In this document: piece after piece, positions 44,546 to 59,151 of the stretch
Position numbering within the stretch: the stretch's first letter is position 1
Layout: every line of letters begins with the position of its first letter
Origin: Paraspadella gotoi
Lineage: Eukaryota; Animalia; Chaetognatha
Direction of reading: 5' to 3'
Length of the DNA: 64,000 nucleotides
Assembly: GCA_051294375.1 (NCBI GenBank)
Contig: CM119266.1
Location: forward strand, 535,132 to 599,131
Made by a program: the position numbers and the translations under genes
Notes under the pieces: generated by a model
What the model saw: the letters and a program-made list of their open reading frames with translations, nothing else
Databases searched by the model: none
Told to the model about the DNA's origin: nothing

Positions 44546-45538
44546 TTGTCGTAGACTCCTCTGGTGTGTAATAGGGAGTCGTCTGCTAGCTTCAGCGCCG
44601 CTTCGATCTTCTTAAGTGACCTGAACAAAACCGGCATGCACTAATAAACAACGACGACAATAACAACCACACGTATTTAACTGTAAAGCAGAGAGGGTAA
44701 AGTTGTAGAGTCGCTAAACTTGTACTCTCGGGAGCCCCACCCATCGACCCACCTTAGTTCCCTATCCTTCTCCCTCAGCCAGCGAGCGTGGTTGTCCTGC
44801 TGCGTCTTCTTGTCCATGTTGGCGTGACGCAAGGTGAGGTCGAGGCCAGTCCGCTCAGAGAGAATGTTCACCTCCCGTTCTTTGGTGTATTCCATCTCTT
44901 TGAGACTGTGATAAGAAAAAAATATTATTAATTTCTTAATTAAATATTTCATAATTAGAATTTAGAATTAAATTCAGTTTTCCTCATATTTAAAACTAAA
45001 AAGAAAGTTATTCTTCCAGGGCTGCAAATAACAACCAACAAAAGAAAAATAATTTTATCCATAAACTTTATATTCTATATAGCTTTTTTCCCTTTTATCT
45101 TTTTTTTTCTTTTCTTTTTTTCTTTTCTTTTTTTTCTTTTCTTACTCTTTCTTTTCTTAATTTTATTTTCTTTCCTTTTTTTCATTTCTTTTTTTTTCTT
45201 TCATTCTTTTTTTTTCTTTACATAACAATTTACAATTCTAAAACCCTTCGGACATACAGTAAAAGCAAGCAAACCCACCCAGCATTCCCTACCGTTGATC
45301 GTATTCAATCTGCTTCTCCTCCAAGGCCTGCTGCTGCCTGTCCAACTTGCTCTCCAAGTCGTACTTCTCCTCCGACAACTCTGTCTTCTTCGCCTCCGCC
45401 CCTTTGATCTCCGCGCGAAGGTTTGTCGCCGCTCGATCCAGATCCCCGCGTTTCTTCTCCAGTTCGTCCCGTTTCCTGGAATTAGTGGGGGGGGGAACGG
45501 GAAGAAAATAATAAAGAATAAAGATGCTGGAGAGATAG

Positions 45539-45576
<38 letters not shown>

Positions 45577-48500
45577 CAGACAAAAGAAAGACAGAAAAAA
45601 GCAAGTACAAAATTTATAGAAAACAAAAGGAAAAAAAAGAAAATAAAAAAATAAGAAAGAGGGAAAGAATTAATAATAGACACAATAAGACAAAATAAAA
45701 GCGAAATAAACAATGCAAAAAAAGACAGGACGAAATAAAAAAGAAAGAAACAAAACAAAATTACAAAAGCACGAAACAAAATTTTTTAACCTGCTCAATT
45801 TGTCGGCCTCCTTCGAGAGTTGTCCCGGGACGAGAGATACGTCCTGCAATTCTCCCCGCTGTTTCTCCATCTCCTCTTGCACAGCCTCCGTCTCCTTGGC
45901 GGCGAATTGGTTGGCGCGACTCCGAGTGTCCAACTCTTCCTTCAAATTCCTGTCCAAAACAAGTGAAACTATACATAAAACTATGATATTGGTAGAACCA
46001 ATATAAAAATTATCCATTCAGTTAATAAATAAGCTATCTTGCCGCTGACTTTGAACAGGCTTTGGCGGTTTAAGGCTTCCATCACTCTTGCAAGATAATG
46101 ACATAGCTTTCAATTAAGACTCTCTATGAATAAAAGACTGGAGATAAAGAAGAATTGTATTTAGTTAATGATTAAATCGTCTATAATATAGTTTTTTTCC
46201 ATTCCCCTTAACATTCATGCTGATCTTACTCTCCCATAACCCTCTCTCAAGGACCCAACCACTCCTCACCAGACCTCACCTGCATTCCTGGATTCGCTGC
46301 GCCGTCTCGTGTTTGACCTCGTCCACTTCTTTCTCCAGCTGCTTCATCCGCCGTTCGATCTCCCCGGCCTTCGGGACCCTCGTGTACTCCTCCTCGACGA
46401 CCCTCTTCTCCTCATGGAGTCCCTCGATCTTGTACTCCAGGCTGTACTGTCGCTCCTCCGCCTATACGAGACAATGGTGAGTCGAACGGCTGGGGAGATT
46501 AGCTGCCCTAACTTGTACATACACCCAGAAAATAAAGGAAAAGCAGACGAGATACAGATCTACTAACGGAAAGAGGGTGAAGAAAAGAAAAGTGTCGCGT
46601 CGACTTTACTTTTTTTACTAATCAATCAGCAGCAATAATGATTGATGATTCGTCGGTTCACAAAGGTAACTAAAATTTTCCATATCCTCTTGATCTGGCA
46701 GTAATTTAAAATTTCTAAAGGCTGGCCATCGCTTACAGACGTTTTAATGTTCTTTTTTGTATTCTCTATTTTCCCGTTTTAACTTTTGAAGTGAGGGGCG
46801 TTGCAGAAAATCGTTTGATTTTCTATGCTAAGGGTTGCGCGTTTGATTCGTCGCCCGTACAAAATGTACGACAAGAGTTAATCACTTAATAATAATGAAT
46901 ATTTTATTATTTCATCCAAAAACTCGTATAAACTTATTTTCAAACGGACAGACTTTTCAATAATTCGAACATTAGTTTGAATGACAGTATCACGGGAAAC
47001 CAGACTAAACATTGACCTTAAAACGAGTGGTTTCAATGACGGTTTCAATTAAGTTAGTGGTCAGACGGGATTACCAGGAAAAAGAGAGTCGAAGCGAGGT
47101 GAGGCGACTTACCACCGGTAAATTATTCTTCAGCCGTCGCTTTATAAATGTGTTGTTAAGTTCCAATACTTTGTTTAGTGCAGTCCGTCTATAAATTTAA
47201 TAACCATTATTTGCCTTTTAGGCCTTTAGCAACACAACTATAAGCAATACTTGTTTCATAACACGACAAAGCTAACAGCCCACTATCCTGCTGTTTCGTT
47301 TGAAATTGAATGCTTCACGTAAAACACGCCATAAAAAATGAATGTTATTAATTAGCGACTTTTTTCTTTTTTGTCGCATGACAACAATACGGGTATCAGC
47401 TGTGACGGGGAAAACCTCGAATTAAATTAGAGATCTCGTGAAAAAATACATTCATTTTCTATTTACAGCCTTTTCTTTCTTCCCGGGGCGAAATACATAT
47501 ACATTTTATACATTGTTTAAAACAACATTTACGCATAATCACAAAAAATTACCGCAATTATCGATCAAGGCTTTTTAAACTAAAAGAGAGTAAAAATCAA
47601 TTTCAAACTCGAATCGCCCTGCCTTTCAGTTTCACAGAACATTTCATTTTTAATTAAAAAAATCATTTATTGCGTCGTTACATAAAAAAACAAAAAAAAA
47701 AAAACAAAACAAGAATATGACTCATGAGCGATCAGTCTCGTCATTATTATTTATGATAAACGACCTTTACCTGAGCCAACTCATTCTGGTAGTTTAAAAG
47801 CTGTAGGCGGAGTTTTCCGACTTCCGTGTTGACGTTGGCTGGGAAATTGTCCTGTTGTTCCAGTTCCGCCTTCTGATTCTCCAGGGTCGTAGTAAGCCTT
47901 TGCAAAGATTTTCATACATTTTCGTAATTGCTCAAATCTTTCTTTATTATACGTACGTACGAATACCAATTAATAAGTAAAAAAAATTACAAAAACTTTG
48001 CGATCGAATTTTCTGATAATTATTTCGGGCTCCACTGACCTTTTGGCTTCCTCAAGCAACTCAGATTCATTCTGCCAGGAATTTCGCAACGCCGTCCGAA
48101 GCCAAATGAATTTCGCCTTTAGTTCGGCCGCCTTGACGCCGCTGAGCCGACCGTCTTAAGTAGAAAAGGGGAATAGTCAAGGAAGTGCCACATAAGAACC
48201 CGCATCCTTGTTCTCTCTCTCTCTCTCTTACACACTCTCGGTCAATGACCCGCGTCGGCACAACTACCTTGAAAAAGTTCTTGTAGACACTGAAAGGCCG
48301 GGCTGGTGGACAGATCCTCTTCGTTTTGAGTCTCTGACGTCAGACGGGGCGGGATGGGCGCGAGAGGCTCCACGTCATCGGCCGCGATGAACTCCTGCAG
48401 AGAAGGATTTGTACTTTCTTGAAAAAATTTAAGCAGCATCCTGGACAGAGAACCTGCCTCAGCCCTCAAGGGAAAAACGGAAAAACGGTAAAACTAAGAA

Positions 48501-48787
48501 CAAATAAACTTTAAATGAAAAAACTGGATGTAAGTATGCTTACGGTGATTCATACCTAAACCGGTATGACAGGTTAAATTTCTGTGCGGCAGCGATTTTC
48601 TAGAACAAAGTCATCTACTAAATTTAGACCGATGCAATTTACTATAATAATTACAAAATTTTTAAAAAAATTATAAAATTATTAATAATAAAATGTTAAC
48701 TTTTTTAAAGAGTATTCGCGAGTTAACTTAATTCACCTGCGATACGGGTCGGCCAACAGGCCCAAATTCTTCATCCTCAGAATTCAT
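39286..48787 (-). CDS. CCDC146: Coiled-coil domain-containing protein 146 (MBO2-like axonemal/centriolar protein), multi-exon
   Basis: First exon 48787-48737 (MNSEDEEFGPVGRPVSQ), then ..EDLSTSPAFQCLQELFQ, LENQKAELEQQDNFP..EVGKLRLQLL, AEERQYSLEYKIEGLHEEK and MREKIKILQNEIEILRT. The last exon 39696-39286 ends [49 protein letters not shown], the characteristic CCDC146 C-terminus. Confidence 0.93.
45989..46125 (+). repeat. Short interspersed repeat family 1, copy 1
   Basis: TGGTA.AACCAATA.AAAAATTATCC...TCTTGCC.CTGACTTTG.ACAGGCTTT.G.GGTTTAAGGC.TC also occurs at 57010 and 61019. Confidence 0.8.
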
Positions 48788-49511
48788 GTGGATTTAAATT
48801 ATGAATCAAATTTAGAAAATTTTTAACTTTGAAAATATTTCGGTTCATGAATAAATTTGATAGGGGATAAGTAATTGTGTCGGAATTGGCTATTAAATCC
48901 TCTCAAAATGAATTTTCAAAATACTTTTTGAGAATTTAAAACTTTCCACGTCCAAAATTGTTAATTATTGGAGACAATTTATAATATTTTGAGAATGATT
49001 TTAGCCAAATTATTAAAAGGTTTTTCCCTGTTTGATGATCCTTTTCCTTTCGGACTTCTGTTCATTTGTGTATTCGTCGTCATGACTTCGTTGACAGCGG
49101 CGGAATGTCGTCGCGGCTGGCGCGGCGGCCGCCGTCCTCCGGGTCCTAAACAAGTTAAATAGTCCGAAGACAAATAGTTTAAAACTTTTCCTCAGATTCT
49201 GTTTAGTCTCGTTTTTTAATTATTTTGCTTCGTATTTCTTCTTCGTAAAGCCTTCGACGAGGAATCTAGAATCTTGACGGACGCAATAGCGAAATATCTA
49301 ACGGCGGAGCGATATTCCGCTCATTTTTTGACTCTGGAATTGGGTCACGGAAACTTTGCAACTCGCCGGAGGGATCCTTCGCGAAGAGACGGAATTCTTC
49401 CACTTGTAAAAAGGACCAGCCGATGGAACAGAGGAAATACGACGCCGGAAAAGACTTCTTCGCTTAACTCGCCACTTTTCTCACCGAGGAAACCTCACCT
49501 CCGCCGAAAAT
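48788..49511. promoter_or_regulatory. Putative bidirectional promoter / 5' UTR region shared by CCDC146 and PEPCK
   Basis: Divergent start codons lie about 725 bp apart, with a GC/CpG-rich patch at ~49090-49145. Function is inferred. Confidence 0.5.
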
Positions 49512-50159
49512 ATGGCCCTTGTTGTCCCCGTCGCGTTCAGGTACAGGGGAAGTTTTTCTCGTTTTTAAAGTTATAATACAAGTACTACTACTACTAATAG
49601 TTATCAATTCCCATCCCTAACGTTCTTCTTTAAGGTTGTTCTAAAAATTTTTGATGTAGTAAAGTTTAACATAACTTAAACTATAAGAAACCGGTTGAGT
49701 TGTTGCTTCTTTCTATTTGAAAGCGTCGTAATTTTGTGGTCAAGTTTACTTAGTTTATCTCAGTTGATTTTTTATGGTTATTCAAATTAAAGAAAATCGG
49801 TAAAACTCCCTCAACCCATATTTTAATCTAATTAACGCTTGACTTAACAAGTTGAGGAGGACGAAGCTATAACGTCGATAAATAATTAACTGACTGCCTC
49901 CGACTGCTGCTTTCGGGCTAAATAGTTCATTTCCTTGAGAATCTTAGGCAACTATAGATTTTTCGTCTGCAGCTGCTCCGCTGCTTTTGAAGCTGGTGAG
50001 TTACCAGCGGTCACCTCGAAAGCTGTACATGGCGATGGCTTTAGATTAAGTTTTAAGAAATGGAAACTACTATATGACCACGAAATTCTATCGGCTAATG
50101 TTCCTCATCTATATCGAACATTTATATTTATCAAGATCCTACATCGTTTTTGCGCAATT

Positions 50160-50208
<49 letters not shown>

Positions 50209-53200
50209 TGAACTCTGAAAGATCTTCTCAATGACGAAGCTCGAAAAGGCTTCGCTCAATCGAAGCTTCTCTCCTCTGAGTGAATATTTTGCACTCTGTG
50301 TGAACTGCGGAGCTGGAGACTCGAGGCTCCAGATCCCTCGATCCCTCGATCCCGAGACCCGGCTTACATCCTCGTTCTTGGTCGGAGACTTCGTGTTTTC
50401 CCTCCTTTGTTTCGATCTCGACTCGAATTTGGGAAATGGCCCCATTTGAACTTTTACCAAAAGAGTGGTATTGGTAACACGATGAGGAAACATTCATTCT
50501 TATAACTTATAATATCGAGATTAGTTTATTCGTTGCCTTATCAATATTTCTCGATTTTGTGAACATAAAAAGTATGCTCGTTTTTATTTATAAGCTTAGG
50601 CTTGGGCTGGTGTTAACTGGGTACTGAAATTAACGTTATACATAATAAAATGTTCATCTTGTTTAAAGTTTTATATAAGTTTTTTATTTTCTTTGTAATT
50701 TGTATAATATACAAACTTTATTTAGGATTTTATTATGAAAATTTCAAAATTACTTATTTCACTATTAGATTATTTTGTTACTTATTAGTTTAAAAAAATA
50801 TTTGATGAGGAATTTTTATACTCGGATGATTATTTTCCTTTTTTAAAAATCTTCATTTTTGGTATTGCGCTTATTTCAGTTTAAATTCAGATTTAAGTTT
50901 GAACAAAATTTCCGCTTTACGCTTTATTTTTAAATTTGATATCTTTATCTTAGAAACTTGTATTTAATATTTTACAGATAAAATTATATTCTTAACTGTG
51001 AATAAAAATTAAATACCAAAATTAAGCTATTGTTACTTGGCTACTAAATGATTATTTTCATTGATAGCAACGAAGAAACTAGAATAACTATTGAAGAAAA
51101 GGACGAAGGTGACATCCGGTTGAAATGGCGTTCATTGCGGCTGTCCACATAACCGCCTTGAGCGTGGACTCAGTCATTGTGAACCGTCGCGAAGGATGCG
51201 GAGACCAACGTCTCCGATACTCTTCTCACACACAATGGCAAAGCCCGCGCTTAAGGTCATCATGTGCATCATGAATTTGAAAGATAGAGAGGCGACGATC
51301 GATTTATGGTGAAAGAAATTCGAGAGAGAGAGAGAGAGAGAGAGAGAAATGGATGAAAGAGCTTCAACTTGGACGCGGACCCAAGTTTGAAGAGAGAAGA
51401 TGGAAATATTTCCGAAAAGACGGTCGCGAACCTCGCGAGAGAGAGACGTCGTCGAATGAGAGTGTCTCGGACTCTCAACTTTCACGTCAGTGTCATCTTA
51501 ATTAACTAAATTAAAATCGAAGGATTAGGACAGATGTCAACGAATCCCGGGCGAAAAATTACACGACGGTTTTTTTAAGGGATAGTGATTGTTCTTTACA
51601 TAGAGGCAGCATTTAATTTTATACTCATGGTCAAGCATTTTTATTCAATTTAAATATATTAGTTTTGAACTTTACAATTTTAGTCGCTTTATTCCGTTCC
51701 CGGTCAAAATTTTTAAACTGGGTGCGCATACCTAATAATTTTTTTTTCAATTAAACGTTGGGGTCGTCCAAAGGACAAATCCTGCTGGTGACACAGAGAA
51801 AACTTTTTGCCACAAAATTTGAAAAGAAAAAAGCCGTTGAGATGAAATTTATCAAATTGTATAGACATTTTGTAAAACTTAAGTTTTGAGCCGATCGGAG
51901 ATTAATTTTTTTTGTAAATCCCGACAGAAAACCCATTTTAATATCCAGTGCTGACCTGTAAGAACGGCAGTCCCCAAGTCGAGTAATCGAATTAAGAGCA
52001 TCAGTCTCAATTAGCAGATGTTACTGAGTCAGGGCATTTTTCTTTCCTATTAGAGAGATGGCTTTCAGATCGTTGAAAAATTTGAATTCTTTGGATCATA
52101 CACGAGGTTGAAGGCATAATCATATTTATTGTAATGATAATAGCAGTACTAATGCTATTGATTTTCAATGTTTGAAAAAGGTTTATCAATAAATGTGGCG
52201 GTCCATTTAAAAACATAAAACCCAACATTAATTGAATTGTCTGTAATTGGAAAATTGAGTGAGGAATGGGTTTTTGCCGAGGAGAGATTTTGTTTAATAC
52301 TACAACTTGAGAATAAAGATATTTAATACACATTTATGTACAGATGTCATGTTTTTTGTGAATTGAGAATTTTTATTTAAATTTCCCACAGACGCGCATC
52401 AAAATACTTGGTTGCAGCCCCTGTCACTCAAAATGGTGCTTACGAGTTTCTTAAAAGTAAATCCCCTCGTAAGTTGCGTTTGAAGTCGTAATTAACTATC
52501 ATTTACAATGATTAATTGTTAATGCTTCTATTATCTTTAAAACATTGTAGGTCAAACCGGACGACGATCGTTGCATCACCAAGCAACGGCCAAGTTTCAT
52601 AAATACGCCAGCCGGTTTGAAGAGGAAGACAAGTCGGGCGTTCCCGTCGTGTACGGCCAGTTGGACGGGTTGCAACCGAAAGTAATCGCCTTCATTATAT
52701 GTGGTCTGCAGCATTTGAACATGATGATAACAAGTTGTCACGTTTAATTTACAAGGTTAGAGATTTCATTATAAAAAGCGCCGCCCTTTGCCAACCGGAT
52801 GCCGTCCACATTTGCGACGGCTCCGACGAGGAGAACGCCGCCATCTTGAATACGTTGCAAGTGAGTATAGACGGGCTGAATTGACCCATTGGGCGCAACA
52901 TTTCTTTAGCAAAATAATTTAATGTACAGTCTGCTATTGAGATATACTTGTGAAAGCAATCCTGATACCGAGAATTATTTAATCTAGTAAAATAGATAAA
53001 AAAACTTTTCCCTGGCGTCAGCAAGCGGGAATGGTCAAGAGGCTGACGAAGCACGAAAACTGTTGGTTGACGTTGACGGACCCGAGTGACGTTGCGCGAG
53101 TCGAGAGTAAGACGGTTATTTGCACGCAAGACAAAAGGGAAACCGTGCCGATCCCGAGGTAGGGATGTTCTCACTTTCCTCCTTTTACTCTTTGTTCCTT

Positions 53201-55868
53201 TCCTCCATAAAGAACTAATTAAACAATGATCAATAAATTAACATCAACAACTGTTTCGATGACGCAAAACGATATCCTCCGTTCAGAGAAGGCATCGAGG
53301 GCACACTTGGAAAATGGATCTCCCCCGCGGAGCTGAGCTCGGCGCTGTGGGAGAACCGGTTCCCCTCTTGCATGAAGGGGCGGACGATGTACGTGATCCC
53401 TTTTTCCATGGGACCCGTCGGATCACCCCTCTCCAAAGTGGGCGTGGAGATCACCGATTCGCCCTACGTGGTGGCCAGCATGCGGGTCATGACCCGTATC
53501 GGGTCCAACGTCATGCCCATCATCGAGGCCGGGGCGGCCGACGCCGGCGACCAAGGATTCGTCCGCGCTCTGCATTCCGTGGGCCGGCCGCTTCCGATGA
53601 AGGGTGAGTTGGTTATTTTAAAGATTGGTGTAGTAGTTTCTATTATTACATACTTTCCTTCCGGTCATTAACATTGTAAAGAACAAATTTACCCTTATTT
53701 ATTCCACTCCCCTCCACAGAACCCGTAGTGAACAACTGGCCCTGTGACCCTTCGAAAACTCTCATCGCCCACATTCCCGAGGTCAACATGATCGCCTCCT
53801 TCGGTTCCGGATATGGAGGCAACTCTCTACTCGGGAAGAAGTGCTTCGCCCTTCGACTGGGCAGTATCCTGGCTAGAAAAGAGGGTTGGCTCGCCGAGCA
53901 CATGCTGGTATTAGTTCGGTGACTTGTGGCAAATTTTACAGTATTTTACAGTATACTTTGAGTTTATTGAATGAATGAATAATTTTTCCCTATATCTTAT
54001 TTCAAATATTCGCACCCCTCCTTTCCGAAGATCCTGGGCATCACCAACCCGGCGGGCGTTAAGCGTTACGTGGCTGCTGCGTTCCCGTCAGCATGCGGCA
54101 AGACGAATTTGGCGATGATGGTGCCCTCGATCCCCGGATGGAAGGTGGAGTGCGTCGGCGACGACATTGCCTGGATGCGATTCGACGCGGAAGGGCGACT
54201 CAGGGCCATCAATCCCGAGGCTGGATTCTTCGGGGTCGCTCCCGGTGAGAGCTTTATAAAAAGTCCTTTTAAATTATTAAATTAAATATTGTTGAAAATC
54301 TGTTTAAAATTATCATACTCCTTTGAATAAGGTAGCCAAGATATCCTATGTTGCATTATAGCATTATATCGAAGGAGGGAAAGAGCCAGATTGCGTAACA
54401 GCTGGTTTATTGAATAAATAAGTAGAGAATTGAAAAAGAATCACGAATTTCCTCACTTGAAGTAAAACCAAAAACCTTCTCGAAAGGCACCTCCATGGAC
54501 ACGAATCCCAGCGCCATGCAGACGATCCAGACCAACACGTTTTTCACCAACGTGGCCGAGACTTCGGACGGCGGGTTCTGGTGGGAAGGGATGCCCGCGC
54601 CGCCGGCCGGCGTCTCCATCACCAGCTGGAAGGGGGAGCGGAATTGGAGCAAAGAATCGGGCCGACCCTCCGCTCACCCCAACTCTCGCTTCTGCACGCC
54701 CGCCGCCCAGTGCCCGAGCATGGACCCCAAGTGGGAGGACCCCGCCGGGGTGCCCATAGATGCGATTGTCTTTGGCGGAAGGAGGCCAGAAGGTGAGTGG
54801 GAGGGGCAGAAGATTGGCCCAAGATTTCATACGAAACAATGAAATATTAAAGTTGTCTGAAATTAACGGAAATTATAGGTCTTGGATTGGGAGATACTAA
54901 ATATAAATTTACATTATTGATTGGTAAAAACTCTGCTAGGCGTTCCGCTCGTCTATGAAGCTCGCGATTGGGATCACGGCGTATTTATCGGCGCGTCTAT
55001 GAAATCCGAAGCAACCGCTGCCGCGGAGTTCAAGGGCAAGGTAAACAGTTAATTTAATTTCCATTTTAGTTCTGTATTAAAACAATGAGCGTAATCCGTC
55101 AAAGGTGGTGATGCACGACCCTTTCGCCATGCGACCATTCTTCGGATACAACTTCGGCCACTACTTGGATCACTGGCTCTCGATGAAGAACGTCAAGGGC
55201 GCCAAACTGCCCAAGATCTTTCATGTCAACTGGTTCCGCAAGGGGTCCGACGGAAAGTTCCTCTGGCCAGGTTCTTTTTTTTATTTCCATAGGAAAGAAA
55301 AAGGTTTTGTTGAGAGCGTTATCTCATTTTTTAAAAAATATCAGTTTGAAAATTTAGTTAGTAATGAAAATTTAGTGAGTAATGTATATGACCTCTATCT
55401 CGCTTCCCGCTAAGGATTCGGAGAGAACGCTCGCGTTCTGGATTGGATTTGTCAGCGAATTGAAGGTAAGTTCGCTCCGTAATATTTATTTACTTTTTTT
55501 GTAATTTGTAATTAAATACATGAACGTTTTCTCCCTTACTTTGATAGGCAAACCCGTGGCGGAGTCGTCCCCGATCGGCCTTATCCCTCAACGCGGCTCC
55601 ATCGACACATCTGGCCTGAAACAGACCGTCGACTGGGACGCTCTTTTCGACATACCTAAAGACTTTTGGGCCGCGGAAGCCGAAGAGATTGGCGTCTACT
55701 TCAAGGTTTGTATTGCGACGTCTTAAATAGAAATTAATTTTAAACAATAATTTAAACAATAATTTTAAACAATAACTTTTAACTCAGAACCAAGTTGGCC
55801 AAGACCTTCCCGAGGCAGTCGGCGCTCAACTCGAGCAGCTCAAAAAACGGGTTGGGCAATCGTCGTGA
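49512..55868 (+). CDS. PCK: Phosphoenolpyruvate carboxykinase (GTP), mitochondrial-type N-terminus, multi-exon
   Basis: Exons give [10 protein letters not shown]|[14 protein letters not shown]|[11 protein letters not shown]...GLQPK|[17 protein letters not shown], then [106 protein letters not shown] and IFHVNWFRK. The stop is at 55866-55868 and AATAAA at ~55929. The first two exons are less certain than the rest. Confidence 0.96.
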
Positions 55869-57009
55869 ATTTCTCGACCAAACGGTTTGAGGTTCGAAGA
55901 CCAACTCCCGCCAGGGACTACTGTTGCTAAATAAAAGCAGAAAAATCGATTATCGTTTATAGTTATAGTTACTTGTAGTTTCAGTGCGTTACGTTTCTTC
56001 AACGTACTGTCGTTATTTCTCAACGATTTTCTTTTATTAAAACTAGACACAAGCTCAAAAAAAAGGGGGAAAAAAAACTTGTGCCAAATTGGCACCTTAT
56101 TTTTTTAAAATTTACGTTCAAACGATTTATACTTTTCCTACCCCGACCAGTAACTTTTCGTCGATGCTTGTTCCTCGTCTCTAGTCATAACATAAAATTA
56201 ACACCTCCTCTCGCATGAAACAAACGATTGAAAAGATCGTTAAAAATAAAAAAGATATTCCCCTCGCGCACCATCTTTTTAAAATATTTTGATCTGATTC
56301 CACGTTTGGTCATTCCACGGTTTGTCCTGAGCGAACGGACCGCGTTGCTCGTTGATTTCGATTCGACCCGTCCGTCTAACTTTTGACTAATAACAGACGT
56401 AGTTGTTTATGCAGCTCTAGCGATAATTGTTACTTCCAAGAAATACATATATTTTTCTAATCGGCTTATGCGTGTCTTTGCTTTTGGCCTTTTCGTAGTT
56501 AGTCGCTTTACTTAAAGTTATTTTGTATTTGTAAATCATTATTTCTCAGATTCATAATAATGATAGTGTATTTTCTTTTACGTCCGTTGTGTGATAACGA
56601 TAACGAAAATTTTAATGATTTCAGATGTACATATATAATCAGGAGTTAGTACATTATTTCTCGCGCTATTGAGTATTGTCTTATCTAAGCAAAATGTCGC
56701 TTGCCGAAATATGACCCAAACGGACCAACCGTTGTTTATCGAGGTTAGAGATTATTCAGATTCATTAGGATCATACCTTCAACCATGCTAAAGTATTCGT
56801 GAATAATTACCTGTGAAGCCTCAACTATTTTAATTCAAGTTCTACAATCAGTTCTTTTGTTTATTTTTTTACCGTCAAGTTTTAGGCATTGCATGAAACT
56901 CTATCTACCACTTGAGTGTAAAAATCAACATCTTGTGATTCTTTGAACATGAAACAAAAGAGCGTCTCTTTCATTTTATTAATTCTGGACCAGATTCTGG
57001 TCTTATGAA

Positions 57010-57163
57010 ATGGTACAACCAATACAAAAATTATCCTCTCATTTAATAAACAGGCTATTCTTCATAGTCATCTTGCCCCTGACTTTGGACAGGCTTTAGT
57101 GGTTTAAGGCCTCCATCACAAGATGACAGAGCAGATCCCTGCAAGCTTTCAATCAAGACTCTC
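57010..57163 (+). repeat. Short interspersed repeat family 1, copy 2
   Basis: Matches 45989-46125 and 61019-61109. Confidence 0.8.
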
Positions 57164-59151
57164 GTTTATTCATTCCCAGAGTACCTCGGTTCCCTACCAG
57201 TTAAATGGCATAATATTTCAAAAAAATGTTTCAATTATATAAAAAGGTCACTCCCTGAAGTATGAGATCGGGGAATACTATATATATACCGTACTATGCA
57301 CTAGCATTAAAACAGGAGCAGTTGCTAAATTTATGTATTAGAGCCACTGCTGAATTTGGTTATACTGGATTCCTAAGGTCGTATGGAATTAACCAAAATG
57401 GATATTTGACAGTATTTTATGCTGTATATTATACAGTAGTACATTTTGATTGCGAAACTGGGACGTTGCATCGGACAAGGACAAGTCGAGGCGATGTCAA
57501 AGGCGACGATGACATCGTGAGACGATTTTGCTTGCGGCGATGATAACTCCGTCGCAGATTTCGTGTCCCTCGCGTCTGTCAGATCCGTCTCGCCCTCCCG
57601 CGGCGAAAAGTCGAAAACAAAAAATCCCGTGACTCTTAACGCCGTTGTAAATCATTTCTCGCTTCTCGTCTTTTTTTGTTTTGGAGTTTTGTTAAAAAAA
57701 CACAATTAATGGGGCATTATTTATAAAATTATATCAAAATTAATCTCGTCGCTACGTCTAAATTAGATACGTATTAAATCTTAATCCCGCCGACAGAGAA
57801 AATCCCATTTTAAAAAGTTTAATTCATGCAGGGTAATCTCATTTCGAAGAGACGTAAAAACGCTCGGGCAATAGTAGTATACCTATTCTGTGTGCTTTCT
57901 CATCCGATTAGAATACTACATAATACATATGAATTTGATACCAACAATATATACATATTATTTAATATAATATCAGATATTATATTTCATACCATTATTT
58001 TAAATAATTCTTTGAAGTTTAGATATATCTAATATTGTTTTGCCCTCAACATTCACCTTAAAAACCAACTAAAAATGCAATGAATTTTTTGTCCCCTGAA
58101 ATTTCCAAATAAATCAACGATTAAAGATGAAGATTTATTTTTCCGCCTCTAATCTCTGAAATGACTTTGAAAGATACAGAAGAAGCTTTCTCGCTAAAAA
58201 CATTAACGGTTTAATTTTAACAAATTGAAAAAAAAATTCTTATTATAAATTAATAAAATATTACGTTGGATTCTCGGCTAATCAACTGAAACACCACGTT
58301 CATCCACCACCGATGTCTTCGCGTGTCACTCGGCGCATAAGTCATTTTAAAAATTGCAATTCGATTTTTTAAAAAAACGCGAAGAATGGATATGAAACCA
58401 AAAAAAAATGGGGGATGGGGCTGAGGCTAAAATTAGCCCGTGTTGCTTCATGGTTGCGAAGCATTCGTCTCTAACGAGTCTCATTTTTCTCGCGCAAAAA
58501 GGATGAGTTGTCACTTTTGTCGATGCGCAACTTTTGTGAGTCTTTATCTTTTTTTTTTTGTGTCACTTTTTATGCTTTTATTTTGCGACTGTTTGACGTC
58601 GGCGGGAGAGAAAAGAGAAAGGCTCAGCTCAGATTTTAATCTTTCTGTGACACGAAAGACAAAAAATTGACAAACGCGGGACAAGGATCGAGGACAAAAA
58701 GAACAAACTAAAAGAAGCTCACGATGCCTTTGCGGGTGTCTGCTGTCTATGAATACAGTTCGATCGTCACTTAATAATGAGTCTCTCTGGTTCTTTGCGA
58801 CATAAGGCAAGTTGCTTCATTATTTGCATATATATATACATATATTGTGAACAGCTCATTCGAGTTGCCACAATATATATATATATAATTTCAATTCGTA
58901 TTTACTTTTGAAAATAATCAGCTCGATCGAAATGGACAGATAAGTCAATAGAATTTATCATAATTACAAAATGATGGCCGAAAATAATTTACTTAACTCC
59001 AACCATCCTTTTTTGAGCGTTTAAAAGGAATTAATTCAAATGTTTCACATTCTTTCAAATTTCTTTCCCGCTCTCATTTTGAAAAAAAACGTAACTTGAC
59101 ATTCGTCATTAGAATAACATTTTTTATAATATTTTTCATTATTAAATACAC

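Noticed and set aside
56627-56745. Signal-peptide-like frame GVSTLFLALLSIVLSKQNVAC between an AG and a GT
   Set aside because: There is an in-frame stop just upstream, no in-frame ATG for the hydrophobic stretch, and no downstream exons I can link.
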